Shown piece by piece: positions 39,090 through 50,962 of a stretch of 64,000 nucleotides of DNA (positions are counted from its first letter, which is position 1; every line of letters begins with the position of its first letter). The position numbers and the translations under genes were made by a program. The notes beneath the pieces were generated by a model that searched no databases, was not told the origin of the DNA, and was given only the letters and a program-made list of their open reading frames with translations. This stretch comes from Hypanus sabinus (lineage: Eukaryota), in contig NC_082713.1 in NCBI RefSeq assembly GCF_030144855.1, positions 35,588,001 to 35,652,000 of the forward strand. The letters are read 5' to 3'.

Positions 39090-39297
39090 ATCTTCTCCTA
39101 TCATTTCGCATTTCCCCCTCTCCCTCCTACTTTCAAATCTCTTAGTATCTTTCCTTTTAGTTAGTCCTGATGAAGGGTCTCAGCCCAAAACGTCAAGAGC
39201 GCTTCTCCCTATCAATGCTGCCTGGCCTGCTGTGTTCCACCAGCATTTTGTGTGTGTTGTTTGAATTTCCAGCACCTGCAGATTTCCACATGTTTAC
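39090..39297 (+). mobile_element. Short Penelope-derived insertion with 10-bp TSD
   Basis: acctccacct at 39080-39089 and 39298-39307. Confidence 0.8.
39163..39198 (+). ncRNA. Minimal type I hammerhead ribozyme motif, decayed
   Basis: agtc CTGATGA a gggt-ctca-gccc aAAA c GTC; the core GAAA is AAAA, consistent with CpG decay. Confidence 0.65.
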
Positions 39298-40842
39298 ACC
39301 TCCACCTTTCATTTTTAAGGCTATTTTGTCAAATTACTAACATTCTGTAACAGTTTTCTATGGATTTCAACAGAATTAATCATTGGACCAATTTTGCAGT
39401 AATCTATACCTACTGGTATTTTAAAATGCAAAAACTCTTCCAGCATTTTCTAGTGTGGGATGCAAATGAAAATAATCTGCCCAATTTCAAAGACAATAAT
39501 CAAAGCTCCTTGTTCTGTATGAAAGTAAGATTATCAGTCATCAGACTAGAGAGGTTAAATCACACTGAAGTTGAATGTTGGATGTTGTGCTTTTGTTGAA
39601 TTCATTTTGGCGAGTTTTACATAATATGTTAAAAATAATTCTAGCTCTAATGAAAGTCCTGCAGGATGTTGTGTATGCTGAAAATGGGAGCAATCTTTCC
39701 CCATGTTGCATTATTCATAAACTTTATTATTTCTTTGACACTGTGAAAAGAAAATTTTAGACATGAGTAAAAGTTAAAAAAACTGCTCTGAAATTTAAAC
39801 TGAGGAATATCACTGCAGCAGAGGTAACCAATGTTTACACTAATTTCTGGGAGTGTTTGGATATGTTTCGAAATGGAAAATGTTTTATTTTCCAACTTTA
39901 ATTATTTTCTGACTGCGTAAATAAATGTAGCAGTGATTTACCAGAGAAGACATCAAAAGTGGTTGGCATGGAGACTTCGAGACATCAGAATCCTGCCCAT
40001 TCATCCAATAAAAGAACATAAATATAAATGGAATAAGATTACTCTATCAACTCAAGAGCATAGATGACAAAAATAATACTACAGCTCAAAAAGGAATAAT
40101 TTCTCAGAAAAAAATCTCATCTCATGATTCATATAATGGTAATAACCGTTTGATTACTGTGGTTGTGATGTATAGCACCTTCTGACTTGCTCAACAGGAT
40201 GACTGGGAATCCATCAGATATCCATTATTCAGATTTTTGACATGATTATTTTTATCTCATGAAGAATGAACACCTGGTTCCAATATTAATGTTTGCATTT
40301 ATTTCATGCATCAAGCTGTATTGCCGTCGAGCATACGAACTCTCATCGTGTTGAGGAACCCAGCAAGCTATTCTGCACCAATAATTTTTCTCAAATAGTC
40401 ATGAGCTGTCCAGGCAATGATTCTGTTGACTGAAGTATTGAGGAAGGGGGAGTTGTTGGGGAGCACAAAAGATGATTCGTACCATTAGATTTTGAACTTT
40501 AAATATTGCTACCCAAAACAGTAGAACAAACAGACTAAATATAAAATTTCTCCTCCATAATGCAAATGGTAACAACGCTGATGTGTCTTCTGAAACCATA
40601 ACCTGATTTCCTACTGTGAATTCAGGCCCATAATCTTCTGGCTGGAAGCAGGGATTTTTTTCAATGGAACAACATTGACATTTATGCCACTCAATACGTT
40701 TGGAAGCTTTTTGGAGTGTTCAAATGTCAGTTTCTTTTCCACACAACCGGTGCAGCATTATTGTTCAATAACTTACAGTTTATCCTTGCGTAAAGTCTTA
40801 TTACTTATTTAACATCAATTAATACTGATTTATAATATTTTC

Positions 40843-41400
40843 AGAATCAATTCATTATCACTGTCTTATAGGATGTGCAATTTATTGTTTTGTAGCAGTA
40901 GTGAAGTGTAAACATAAACTGTATAAATTTCAAAATGAATAAATAATGCAAAAATAAAGGAATAACGAGGTGGTGTTCATGGGTTCAAGGACTGTTCAAA
41001 AATCAGATGATGCAGGGGAAGGACTGTTTCTAAATCACTGAGTATGGGCCTTTAGGCTTCTGTATCTCTTCCCTGAGCGGTACTGAGAGGGTGGAATGAC
41101 CTGAATGGTGAGGGTCCTTAATAATGGATGTGACTTTCTTGAGGCACCACCTTTTGAAGATGCCCTTGTGGTGCAGAGGGTTGTGTCTACGATGGAGCTA
41201 TTGAGTACATAGTACTCTGCAGCCTCATGCAACCCTGTGAATGTTGGAATGTTTTTGACAGTACACTTATAGAAATTTGCAAGAGTCTTTGCTAAAATAC
41301 CAAATCTCCTCAAGCCCTTAATGACATGCCTTATTCATGTTTATGTCAATGTGTTTAGACAGATTCTCAGAGATGTTGACACACAGGAACTTATATATCA
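40843..41400 (-). mobile_element. Rex1/Babar 3' end, old
   Basis: LRRFGILAKTLANFYKCTVKNI..SGKRYRSLKAHT. Confidence 0.75.
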
Positions 41401-41956
41401 GATCTACAGTATTGTGCAAAAGTGTTATACACATATACTCTATATAGCTAGAGAGCCCAAGACAGTTCCACGTTACTATAGTAATTTTATGTATTGAGGT
41501 AAGGGAAAAAGAGTTGGATCGTAGATCAATCAAGATCGCACTTATCAGTTGAACATGTGCAAGGTGCTTAAAAAACCTGCTCCCATTTATATATTCCTAA
41601 GCTGACAGTACAATTTCAATGATGAAATAAAATCCATTTTAAAGAAATGTCTTTTGGGTTTTTTGCATACGTTCTAAATACTTGATGGTAATTTCAACAG
41701 GATAAACTTAATTATATTGATCACAATATTAAAAATATAGCCCTGTTTTGCACAGGTATGTTAACTGAATAGCTTGCTACCATTAAATGTTATTCTACTA
41801 AGACCTCTCTCTCCTTTCAAAAATTATACACTGAAATTAGCACATGATTATTTAATGGCTTTTGACAACAGCGTCCAAATTCAAATGCTATTAATATTAA
41901 TGTCAGCTTGCATTCTCTCTACAATGGAGTCTGCAGTGGCATTAATACAAGGAATT

Positions 41957-43120
41957 TGAGCAACACACAAAAAATATTGGGGAGCTCAGCAAGTCATCTA
42001 TGGAGGGGAATAAGCAATCAAAATTTTGGGTTGACAGCCTTCATCTGAACTGGAAAGGAAGGGGGCAGAAATCAGAATAAGAAGGTGGGTGAGGGGAAGG
42101 GTACCTTCTGGCAGGTGATGGGCGAAACCAGGTGAGATGAATGGGGGGTGTGTGGGTGGGAGAGACAAGAAGTCAAAAGCTGCAGAATGATAGGTGGAAG
42201 AGAGAAAAGGCTGAAGAAGGAGGAATCTAATAGGAAAAGATGGTGGACAATGGCAGAAAGGGACAGGGAGGGCACCAAATGAAGTTGATAGGCAGTTGAA
42301 GAGAAGAGAAAGAATGAGGAGAACCAGAATGTGGAATGGAAAAAACAAGAAGCGAGAAGGGAAGCAATAATGAGAAGGTCAAGAAATCGATAGTTATGCC
42401 ATCGGTTGGAGGCTACCGGTGGGTTATGAGGTATTGCTCCTCAGCCTGAGTGTGGCTTCACCGTGGCAGTAGAGGAGACCTTGAGGTGACATGTTGGAAA
42501 GGGAAGTCAAATTGAAGTAAGTGATTACTGGAAAATCCCACCTTTTTGCTGTGGATAATGCAAAAATGCTCAGTGAAGCAGTTTTCCCAATCCACATCTA
42601 CAAGATCATCAGGAGTTTGCAACAGGAGTACTAGATGCAGAGAAGACTCACTGATGATGTGTCACTTCACCTGGGAGGACAGTTTGGAGCTCTGAATAGT
42701 GGAGAAGGAAGAGTGAGATAGGCAGGTGTACCATTGTCATACTTACAAGGATATGTGCTAGAACAGTTATCAGTAGGGAGGGATGAGTGGACAAGACAGT
42801 CACAAAGAGAGAAATCCCTATGGAAAACAGAAAGAGCAAAAAACGTACTTAGTGGTACAATCATGTCGAAATAGGCAGAAGTTATGGAGAATGATGCACT
42901 GGATATGGTGGCTCAGGACGTGGTTGATAAGGGCAAGGGGAACTCTATCCCCATTATGCCAATAGTAGAATGAGGTGGGGGCTGGTGTGCAGGAAATGTG
43001 GAGATGCTAGGTAGGGATCCATTGATAGTGGTGGAAGGGAAACCCTATTCCTTGAAAAAGGATGACATCTTAGATGTTCTAGAATGAAAAATCCTCATGT
43101 TGAGAACAAATGCAATGGAG
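41957..43120 (-). mobile_element. Degraded Penelope-like element (ORF 3' part with GIY-YIG region, pyrimidine-rich UTR, terminal repeat with hammerhead remnant)
   Basis: Minus RDFSLCDCLVHSSLPT..YPCK and ccaaactgtcctcccaggtgaagtgacac resemble PLE GIY-YIG lead-in; terminal repeat matches the short copies. Confidence 0.75.
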
Positions 43121-44379
43121 ACATCCTTTCATATAATGCTAACGTTAACATCATGCCCTTCACTTTCGAAATTCATTCATCTTGTTACAATTTTCCAAAT
43201 CCTCAAACTACTTACTGAAAACCTTTGTTCACTTGTCTGAAATCTCATTTAACTCTTTGCCAGCTGCTCTATATCCAACATTCTTCCTACTCCTGTCCAT
43301 CAGTGTCCTTTAGAGCTGCTGCATAACTTGCAGTTAGATTGTATTTATAAATTAGATGCTCCTTTTCAAGACTTGGTGCAAGATGATCTGGTGAAGACTC
43401 ATGGCATTTTGCAACTCCGGAATAGATTATATTGATTATCTTGTTCAAAATGCAATCAATTCATTCCTTTTAATGAAAGTGTGATTCACATTTAAATAAT
43501 CACATGCACAGTGAAATGTAAACCATGCAGAGTTCTGTCCTAAAGTAGCAGGGATACTTTTCACAATATTCTATCAACTTAATTAAATTAAGCAAGGTTA
43601 CCTTCCTTTCAGAAAATGAGTTAGGAAAATTGGAATGCCAATAGTCTATATATCTTTGGTATTGTCTTTCTACTGGACATCGTGACTTTCAATATTATCT
43701 CCTGCTGGATTTCAATTTTGAGGTACTTTGTTACTTGGTATTCTTGTGCGGAAAACAGTTCCTGCGACAATTGAACTCTGAATCGCAGCTAACCTGGATT
43801 CAGGATGATTGATTGTCTACCTCAAGCCTTCAGAATAATGATACAAAGTTTTATTGCTGCTGCTAATTGAACCTACTTCTTGCATCAGATAATGAATAAC
43901 CTGTTATTGAGCAGGCGATAGCATGCACAGGAAGATAATTCACTACTTTGTCTATGAATATTAGTTCCTTTTGCTATCATTATATTTTAACATTGTATGT
44001 GCCAAAAATGAACTTAAAATTTTAATCACACAAGTTTTGAGTTGTAAATAACCAAGTCACCTTGACTTTGCTTCTTTTATGCAATCAAATGAGTCTGAAA
44101 TGGACTCCAGCTAACCTTAAATAAACCAAACCAACTAGAATGGAACTAATTTTGATTGTTTTTCCTAGAAATTTGAGAGTGCTATAAGTAACTTGCCATA
44201 GTTTGCTGGAGGGAATCTATTGTTGGGGAATCAAGTACAATAAAATATTTATCTAGGACCCAAAATAATCACATCAAAAGATATTGGTCTTTAGTCTTTA
44301 CTTCAACAACAGGAAATTTAATTTATTCAAAACTTTTAAAGCACTGAAATACAGTATTTTCACTTGAAAAGGGATTGAC

Positions 44380-45530
44380 TGTTTAGAGATAGTCACACAG
44401 CTTTGTTCATGAGAAATCGTGACTTACAATTTTGAATTTGAGGTAACTGAGCATATTGATGAGGAAAGTGCAATAGATGTTTTCTTAGTGACTTTTAGTG
44501 AAGCATTTATCAAGATTCCAGACTGTATTTCTATTCAGAATACAGCTCCATAAGCTCCAGGACAGACACTATTTAGGCCACACCTGCAATTACTGTTTGT
44601 AGTTCCAGTTGCCATGTGAGAGGAGAAGATGTGGTGGTGTTGGTCAGGTATAGAAGAGTTCCTTCTCTGAGGATCATCAGCTTACCACGGTGGAGAGCCT
44701 TGTGAGTTCCTGAGATCCTGATAACAATGTCGTCTATGTTAAGCTCCTGGGAGAGTCACCCAGGTCATTAAAGTCAAGGGGGAAGTTCTAGATAAAGAAT
44801 GATCCAACCAAGACCTCAATGGTGGAGCAATGAAGTTGGAGGAAGGCTTGAGCAATGAAGGTTCCCCAGATGGCTTGCATTCCATGCCACAGGACCCTGA
44901 CCCCAATCTGTCAAGGTCATGTGGTGGCTGCCCATGCATCAGCCCCCCAACCCCCCACACAGGTGTTCTCTATTCAGTGAATCCACCTTATATATTTTGA
45001 TCCTGGATTGGACTCTGCAGCCATCTGAGGACCCACACGTGAGAAAGCCTTGGGACAACATCATACTCGACTTCAGTGATCACAGTACCAGGATGTTGGC
45101 GGGACTCATCCATTATAGATATAACTGAGTTTGGATAGATCTATTTTCCTGGAAATAAGGAAGCTTAGGAGTAATCTGATAGAGGTAAAATCATATGGTC
45201 GATAGTAAAAATCATTTTACCATGGAAGTTGTGTGAAGGACAAAAAGAGATAGGTTGAAGGTGAGAGGTAGGATGTTGAAATGGGTATATGAGAGAGATA
45301 TCTTTTCCACAAAGAGGCTGATTGAAGTCTGTAATGCACTGCCTGAACTGAGGAAAGAGGCAAATCATCTCAATACATAAGAAGCATCTAAGTTAGTACT
45401 TGAAGTGCCAAGCTACAGAAGACTGAGGTCTAATATGGATAAATAGAATTCACAGAGGTATATACAACACTTGGTATGGAACTGGTGGGCCTGTTTCTGT
45501 GCTCTTCAACTCTAACTTTATGTCTCTATT
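44380..45530 (+). mobile_element. Highly decayed CR1 RT/3' end, interrupted by an RTE-derived element
   Basis: gagaaatcgtgacttacaatt, aggccacacctgcaattactg, cttttccacaaagagg. Confidence 0.65.
44671..45086 (+). mobile_element. Bipartite RTE-derived non-autonomous retroelement (RTE 5' head + RTE 3' end)
   Basis: Head resembles BovB/Expander-type 5' UTR; 45001-45042 encodes SWIGLCSHLRTHT*, followed by a tail similar to 50450-50485. Confidence 0.65.
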
Positions 45531-47027
45531 TTGGTCATTTAGGGTCATTTCCGTAAGGAAATAGAAGGATGCTTAGGGCTAAGTCCTTGTGGGTGTCACC
45601 ATAGATGCTAGCACAGGGTAAGAAGTGTTGGATCCTGGTGCCTTTGTGATCAAAAGGTTCTTCTGAAATAAAAAGTGAAGCATAAAGGCCGTTGCTTATG
45701 ATTGTTTTGTTAAGTGCTACAAGAGCAAAGAAGAGGACAGGAGACGAGGCATGGTGAAAAACAGAGGGAAGAGAAGAGAGAGCAAGGAAAAAGAAAGACT
45801 AAAATAGTGTGCCCTTCTTATACCAGACTACTGATAACAAAAAACTCCGCTGAAGTTCTACTGATAACAGTTTAGCAATTAAATAGCCAAATTTAAGTAA
45901 TGTGGCACCCGCCACCAAAACCAAGACATTTCCAGAAACATACAGAGGCAACTGTAACCACTGAAACAGTTGCTGAATGATTACGTGTATTTAGGTTATT
46001 ATCTAAAAATATAAACAAGCAAAATAAAGCTAAACTACAAGAAAATAAACAATTCTACACCCCAATCCATCAGAAGATAATACTATGTCTTCTCTTTCAT
46101 AGACAAAGATAGGAGCAGATGGATATCAAAAGAGAGGCATCAAAGGGGGACTGATATGGTCAGCTTTGTAAAAGGCTGCAGTTAAACCTATATTTTTATT
46201 TTACCTGCTGCTAAAGCAAGCTAATTTCAGGTTACTTGCTGACATAATTTTTTGAATTAATTAATGGAGTCAAAAGTACACCGTTTAAAAGTTAATTATT
46301 CACACTGGGGACAGTTATAACTACATAGAATCACTGTAACACCACAACTGTTATTGGGTTATAGTTGTGTTACGTAGCTCCTTCACAACGGCAAAACATC
46401 CAAAAATTCTACCTTGAGTAATTACTAACATCTTGACTTCCTCCACGCCCACCTTTGATCAAATCTAGCAGCTGTGGGTGGGATAACATTTTAAAAATTG
46501 CCCTGCAGAGACACCCTTGGTATTTTGCGTTTTTTTTTCTGACATCCATCACTACCTGCTGTATTGTTTTGCTGTTTTGTCAAGTTGTGTTGGGATGTTT
46601 CATTATGCAAAGAATGTCACGTTTCTTTGTAAGTGGATTGACAAATTATTGCCCATCTTATTTGTTACTTCCAAATTTTATGTTGCACACAGTAAAGGTT
46701 GTTTGTTTCCCAAGGTGTTGTTATGTCTAAAGGTTAGTGGGTAGGAAAAGATGAAATATTTTTCTTACATTGAAATTTCTCTTTGGTTTTGAGGGTAGGG
46801 CTGCAGCTGGGGGTGAAGTGGAAACAATCTCCAGTGACAGGGGTCAGTTTTATGGCAATAATTTGTAGTTTACAACTTCCTTTACATTTTCCGCCAAAAG
46901 TTTGCCCAAACTTTTATCCTTAAATTCTATACTGTAATATTTTCATCTCTCAGATCCAGCATCCTTAGGTTCATCCAATGAAAGCAGTTATTTTGGTGTT
47001 CTAATTAAACAGCCCCACTCTCTCTAT

Positions 47028-47106
47028 CAGGGATTTCCAACCTTTTTTATGCCATGGCCCCTAACATTAACCAAGAGGTCCATGGATGCCAGGTTGGGAA
47101 ACCCTG
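47028..47106. mobile_element. 79-bp hAT-type MITE
   Basis: TIRs cagggatttccaacct / aggttgggaaaccctg (14/16); 8-bp TSD ctctctat / ctttgtat (6/8). Confidence 0.75.
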
Positions 47107-48260
47107 CTTTGTATTTCCCACGTAACTCTGTCTCGTTCAGTTTTTGAAAATCTCCTTATTATCCATCTTTTCAGTGCCTTATTCAGCTTTTTCATCTCTC
47201 TCAATGCCATGAGATGTTTTATCATATGAGGTAGTTATTTCTGGGTTTGAGCAACCCTAGTGTATTACAAACAGGACATTGGTTTGAACTTGAACCAGAC
47301 CCATTTGATTAAGATCATCACAGCCACCAATCACAGAGCCTTCCATTCAACACTCCAGTTTGCTTTGGATGTTCAAGACCCTTCCAATTAATTTTTTACA
47401 TTGCATCTTCTTTACCACATCTGAAATGCAAAGATTTTTATTTCAAAACAAGGCAACTCTTTTTCTGAGTGTTGGATAAAGAAGGAAGTTCAGGACACTT
47501 AATTATCATTATATTTGTACAGATGCTGCCAGACCAGTTGAGTTACCGTTTTTTTGATATTTATATTACTTTACTTTAACACTAATTGGTTATTTCATAT
47601 ACAAAAAACTTAATTGAACAACTTGGACTCTTGGTTTAGAAATGATAAAATCAAAAGTTTTTATTTATAATGAAAACTTAAACATCATCAGCTGATGTGT
47701 ATATATATGTATCACTGATTTTACAAAGGATATCTTTCATTCAATTTTCTGAGTTTATAGGAATTTCTGCAGAAATTTGGATCTAAATGCTTAGGTACTT
47801 CCGAATTACCTCTCTCATCAGCTTGAAGTTGTTGTGTCACAAAGAGTGTGAAATGGGGGACTATTCAATCAGGGAGGTCCTGAAACCAAATCCATATCTC
47901 TTTTCACCCAAGTACAAAACTAAAATGCTACCAGTGTTGAAAATCCAAAATAATCACATATAATTCCACAGCTATTTTGCATAACAGGCACCAGCTGTGG
48001 AAACTTAACGTTAGGATTTTAGCTCAAGGACTTTTCTTTGATTATGTTAACTAAAGCATTAATCTGAAATTTTGCATCTGTTTCTCTTTGCATAGATTCT
48101 GATCCACTGAAGATTGACAATTTTATTTTACTCTTTACACAATATGTTCATTGGGATGGGGAAATTGCGAATACGCAGGGAAATTATTGTTAAAATCAAT
48201 CATCTTTGTGGTATTTAAATCTTTGTTGTCTGGCCCATCATTTTCTCTGTTTCCTTGCAG

Positions 48261-48284
48261 AATTTGCTGCAGGCAAGTAACAGG
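48261..48284 (+). other. Candidate 24-nt microexon
   Basis: ttttctctgtttccttgcag|AATTTGCTGCAGGCAAGTAACAGG|gtaagt. Confidence 0.35.
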
Positions 48285-50134
48285 GTAAGTGGAGCCACTG
48301 GTGATGAAATAGAAACACAGAAATATCAAGGTCTGCACTGAATTATGCAAACATCTTGCTCAATGGTTTATTAACTATAAACCATATAGTCTGTGGTTAA
48401 TTAACTATAGTTTCTGAAATTAATGTTTTTAATTGCTTGAAAACCTTGACTGTACTCAAATGTCTTGCCCTTTAATCTAAAATTCAGCACTTGATGAAAG
48501 ATAAAGATTTACAGATTTTAATACTGAACCCACAAAGCAAAGCCAGCCTAGCCGACAGACAGGAATTCAATTCACACTACCTGAAACTTATAAGATATTA
48601 AAGTTAAGTTCAATATCTAACACACCTCAATTGCCTGTCAACATAGATCCAATTGTTCTGGCCCATGGTGTATTAGATTATGAAGGCTGGTTTCTCAACT
48701 TCTGGAGTACAAAATGAAATGCGGGGTCATAAATCACTTAGTAAACAGAGAAAATAGTGAATGAATCAAACACATCAATCAACAGCCGTTATTGAAACCT
48801 TGCAAAATATACATGACAGGTGGGACAGTGCTCCATGGAATATAATGGTCAGTTTATAAATTGAAATCAATAACAGGACAACCTAAAGGAGAAAACAACT
48901 GTAGCTCTTCCAAAAGGTGACTAGTTCTCTGCAAAGAAACTCAAGTCCACACACATGCTGAGCTGGCAGACCTAAACCAAAGGAGCAGAGAAAATGCAAG
49001 CTACTTCCTACAAACTGGACTGTGTTGCATCTGTTTATTTAACATGAAGTATTTCACTTAAAATTGTGAATAAATTGTTCCGGAGATGACTTCTGGCTGA
49101 AATAGTACCAAATAAGAGCCTTTAAGGGACCACCATTGCACAGATAGTACGAGCGTGCCTGACCTTTTCCCAGCATCCTGTGCACACTGAAAAACAACAT
49201 TTCTCTGTATGCACCTATTTCAGCCTAGACTGCAATAAAGTGATGGTCATGGTTCAGAATCACTGGAATTAGGTGTGGATTCTAATAAACTGTTGTTTCT
49301 TTAATTCTTAACCGGCATTCCCTGTTGAAAAAAGGAAGTTAACTGAGCAACTTCAGTGGTGTCCATAGACTTTTAGAAGTGAGATTAATTTTTTCTCCAC
49401 CAGTTTTGTGTGTTCAGTGGAAAATGCCAACAGGATTTGGAGGCTTTATCGTTGGGTGCTGTAAGCCTCATAATCTAACTATTCAAAAAAGACTGCTGGT
49501 GCCCAAGGAAGAGTAGTATGAAGACCTGTAGAGCATCAGGAGCTACAGGAGGAGACTGGCTATCAAGTGAATCATCCTACCCAGTTTCCGTGGTCTGAAT
49601 TCCCATCTAAGTGGATGAAGGAGCTGCTGATCATGTGTGTAATAAGGTGCTTTTTAACGAGCACTTGTGACAAGGAGCATGAAAAACCACTGAACACAAA
49701 GTAGAACAGAAGCCTGTCTCCGAAGGTTCCCAAAAATACGTGAACAGCAATAATCAGGCAGGGGAGACCAGATGACATATAATAATCACTCACATGCAGT
49801 TTTTCAGACCTCTCCTTGATTATAAGACATTAAAAAAGATTCTCTGATCCATACACTCAAGCGGCTCATTGTGACTGTTCTCAGTGGTCTGCACTTTACC
49901 CTGATATTATTTTTTTCAGAAGATGGTAGGGTTATTTTGCTCAGCTAAATAGGGATTGTCATCCCAGGAAAGGGCAACTGTAGCTGCCTTTAACTAGGCT
50001 TTCCACATATCCAATCTGTTGGATCTCCTTGTACATCTGTCCTGGCAGTCAACTCACTGCCCATATTGTTCCTGGTTCTCTCACTAAATCTGGGATGTTC
50101 CTTCTTCCTGCTTGGTCAACATGAGGATTCAAAG

Positions 50135-50500
50135 TGCATTCCCAGAGGACAGAAAAAGTGTTTCAAGGACGATATGAAGAGCATCTGAGGAAATACCACA
50201 TCACCTTGAAGAGGTGGGAGAAATTAGCACAGCACAGGAAAATCTGGAGAAGGACTGTCCATGAGGAAACCACACAGCTCGAACAATATTTCCACTGTGC
50301 CGTTGAGTCTAAGCAGCTTCAACATAAGGAGAGACTGGGAAAGGCCCGACCAGCTACATCCACCACCATTTCAATGGCCTACACCTGCCAACACTGATCA
50401 TAGATCAGCCTCTTCAGTCATCTCAAGATCCGCAAGTGACCAGATCAACCACCAGGAGAAACATACTCAACTACAAGTGATCGCTGATAATGATGATGGT
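50135..50500 (+). mobile_element. RTE LINE 3' end
   Basis: GQKKCFKD..HLRKYHITLKRWEKLAQHRKIWRRTVHE, YTCQH..ISLFSHLKI; (GAT)n tail. Confidence 0.8.
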
Positions 50501-50659
50501 GGCTTCCTAGACCAGATGTCCTCAGACTGCAACATAAATAGGGGCTGAGACTCAACATAACAGCTTAACACTGTTAAAAAAAAGGGTGAAATTGAGTTTT
50601 CACATAATGCATAGTGTGAAAGACATATTGCCAAGTGTCATCAGTCTTGCCTACAAAAG

Positions 50660-50962
50660 ACCATAACATCATAAGATATAGGAGCAGAATTAGGCCATTT
50701 AGCCCATTGAGTGTGTTCTGCCTTTTCATCATGGCTGATCCAATTTACTCTCAGCTCCAATCTCCTGCCTTCTCCCCTTATCCCTTCATGCCCTGAATGA
50801 TCATGAATCTATCAACCTCTCCCTTAAATATACATAAAGACTTGACTCCCACAGCTCTTTGTGACAAAACAAATTCCACAGATTTATCACTGTCTGGCTA
50901 AAGAAATTCCTCTCCTCATCTCTGTTCTGAAAGGAGACCCCTCTATTTTGAGACTGTGGCCT
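50660..50962 (-). mobile_element. CR1 3' end
   Basis: accataacatcataagatataggagcagaattaggcc; close match to 13023-13330. Confidence 0.9.

Noticed and set aside
46325-46380. Imperfect hairpin (gtaacaccacaact/agttgtgttac)
   Set aside because: Stem too short and bulged for a pre-miRNA; no recognised mature sequence
48363-48385. 9-bp AT-rich hairpin downstream of the microexon candidate
   Set aside because: Expected by chance in AT-rich DNA
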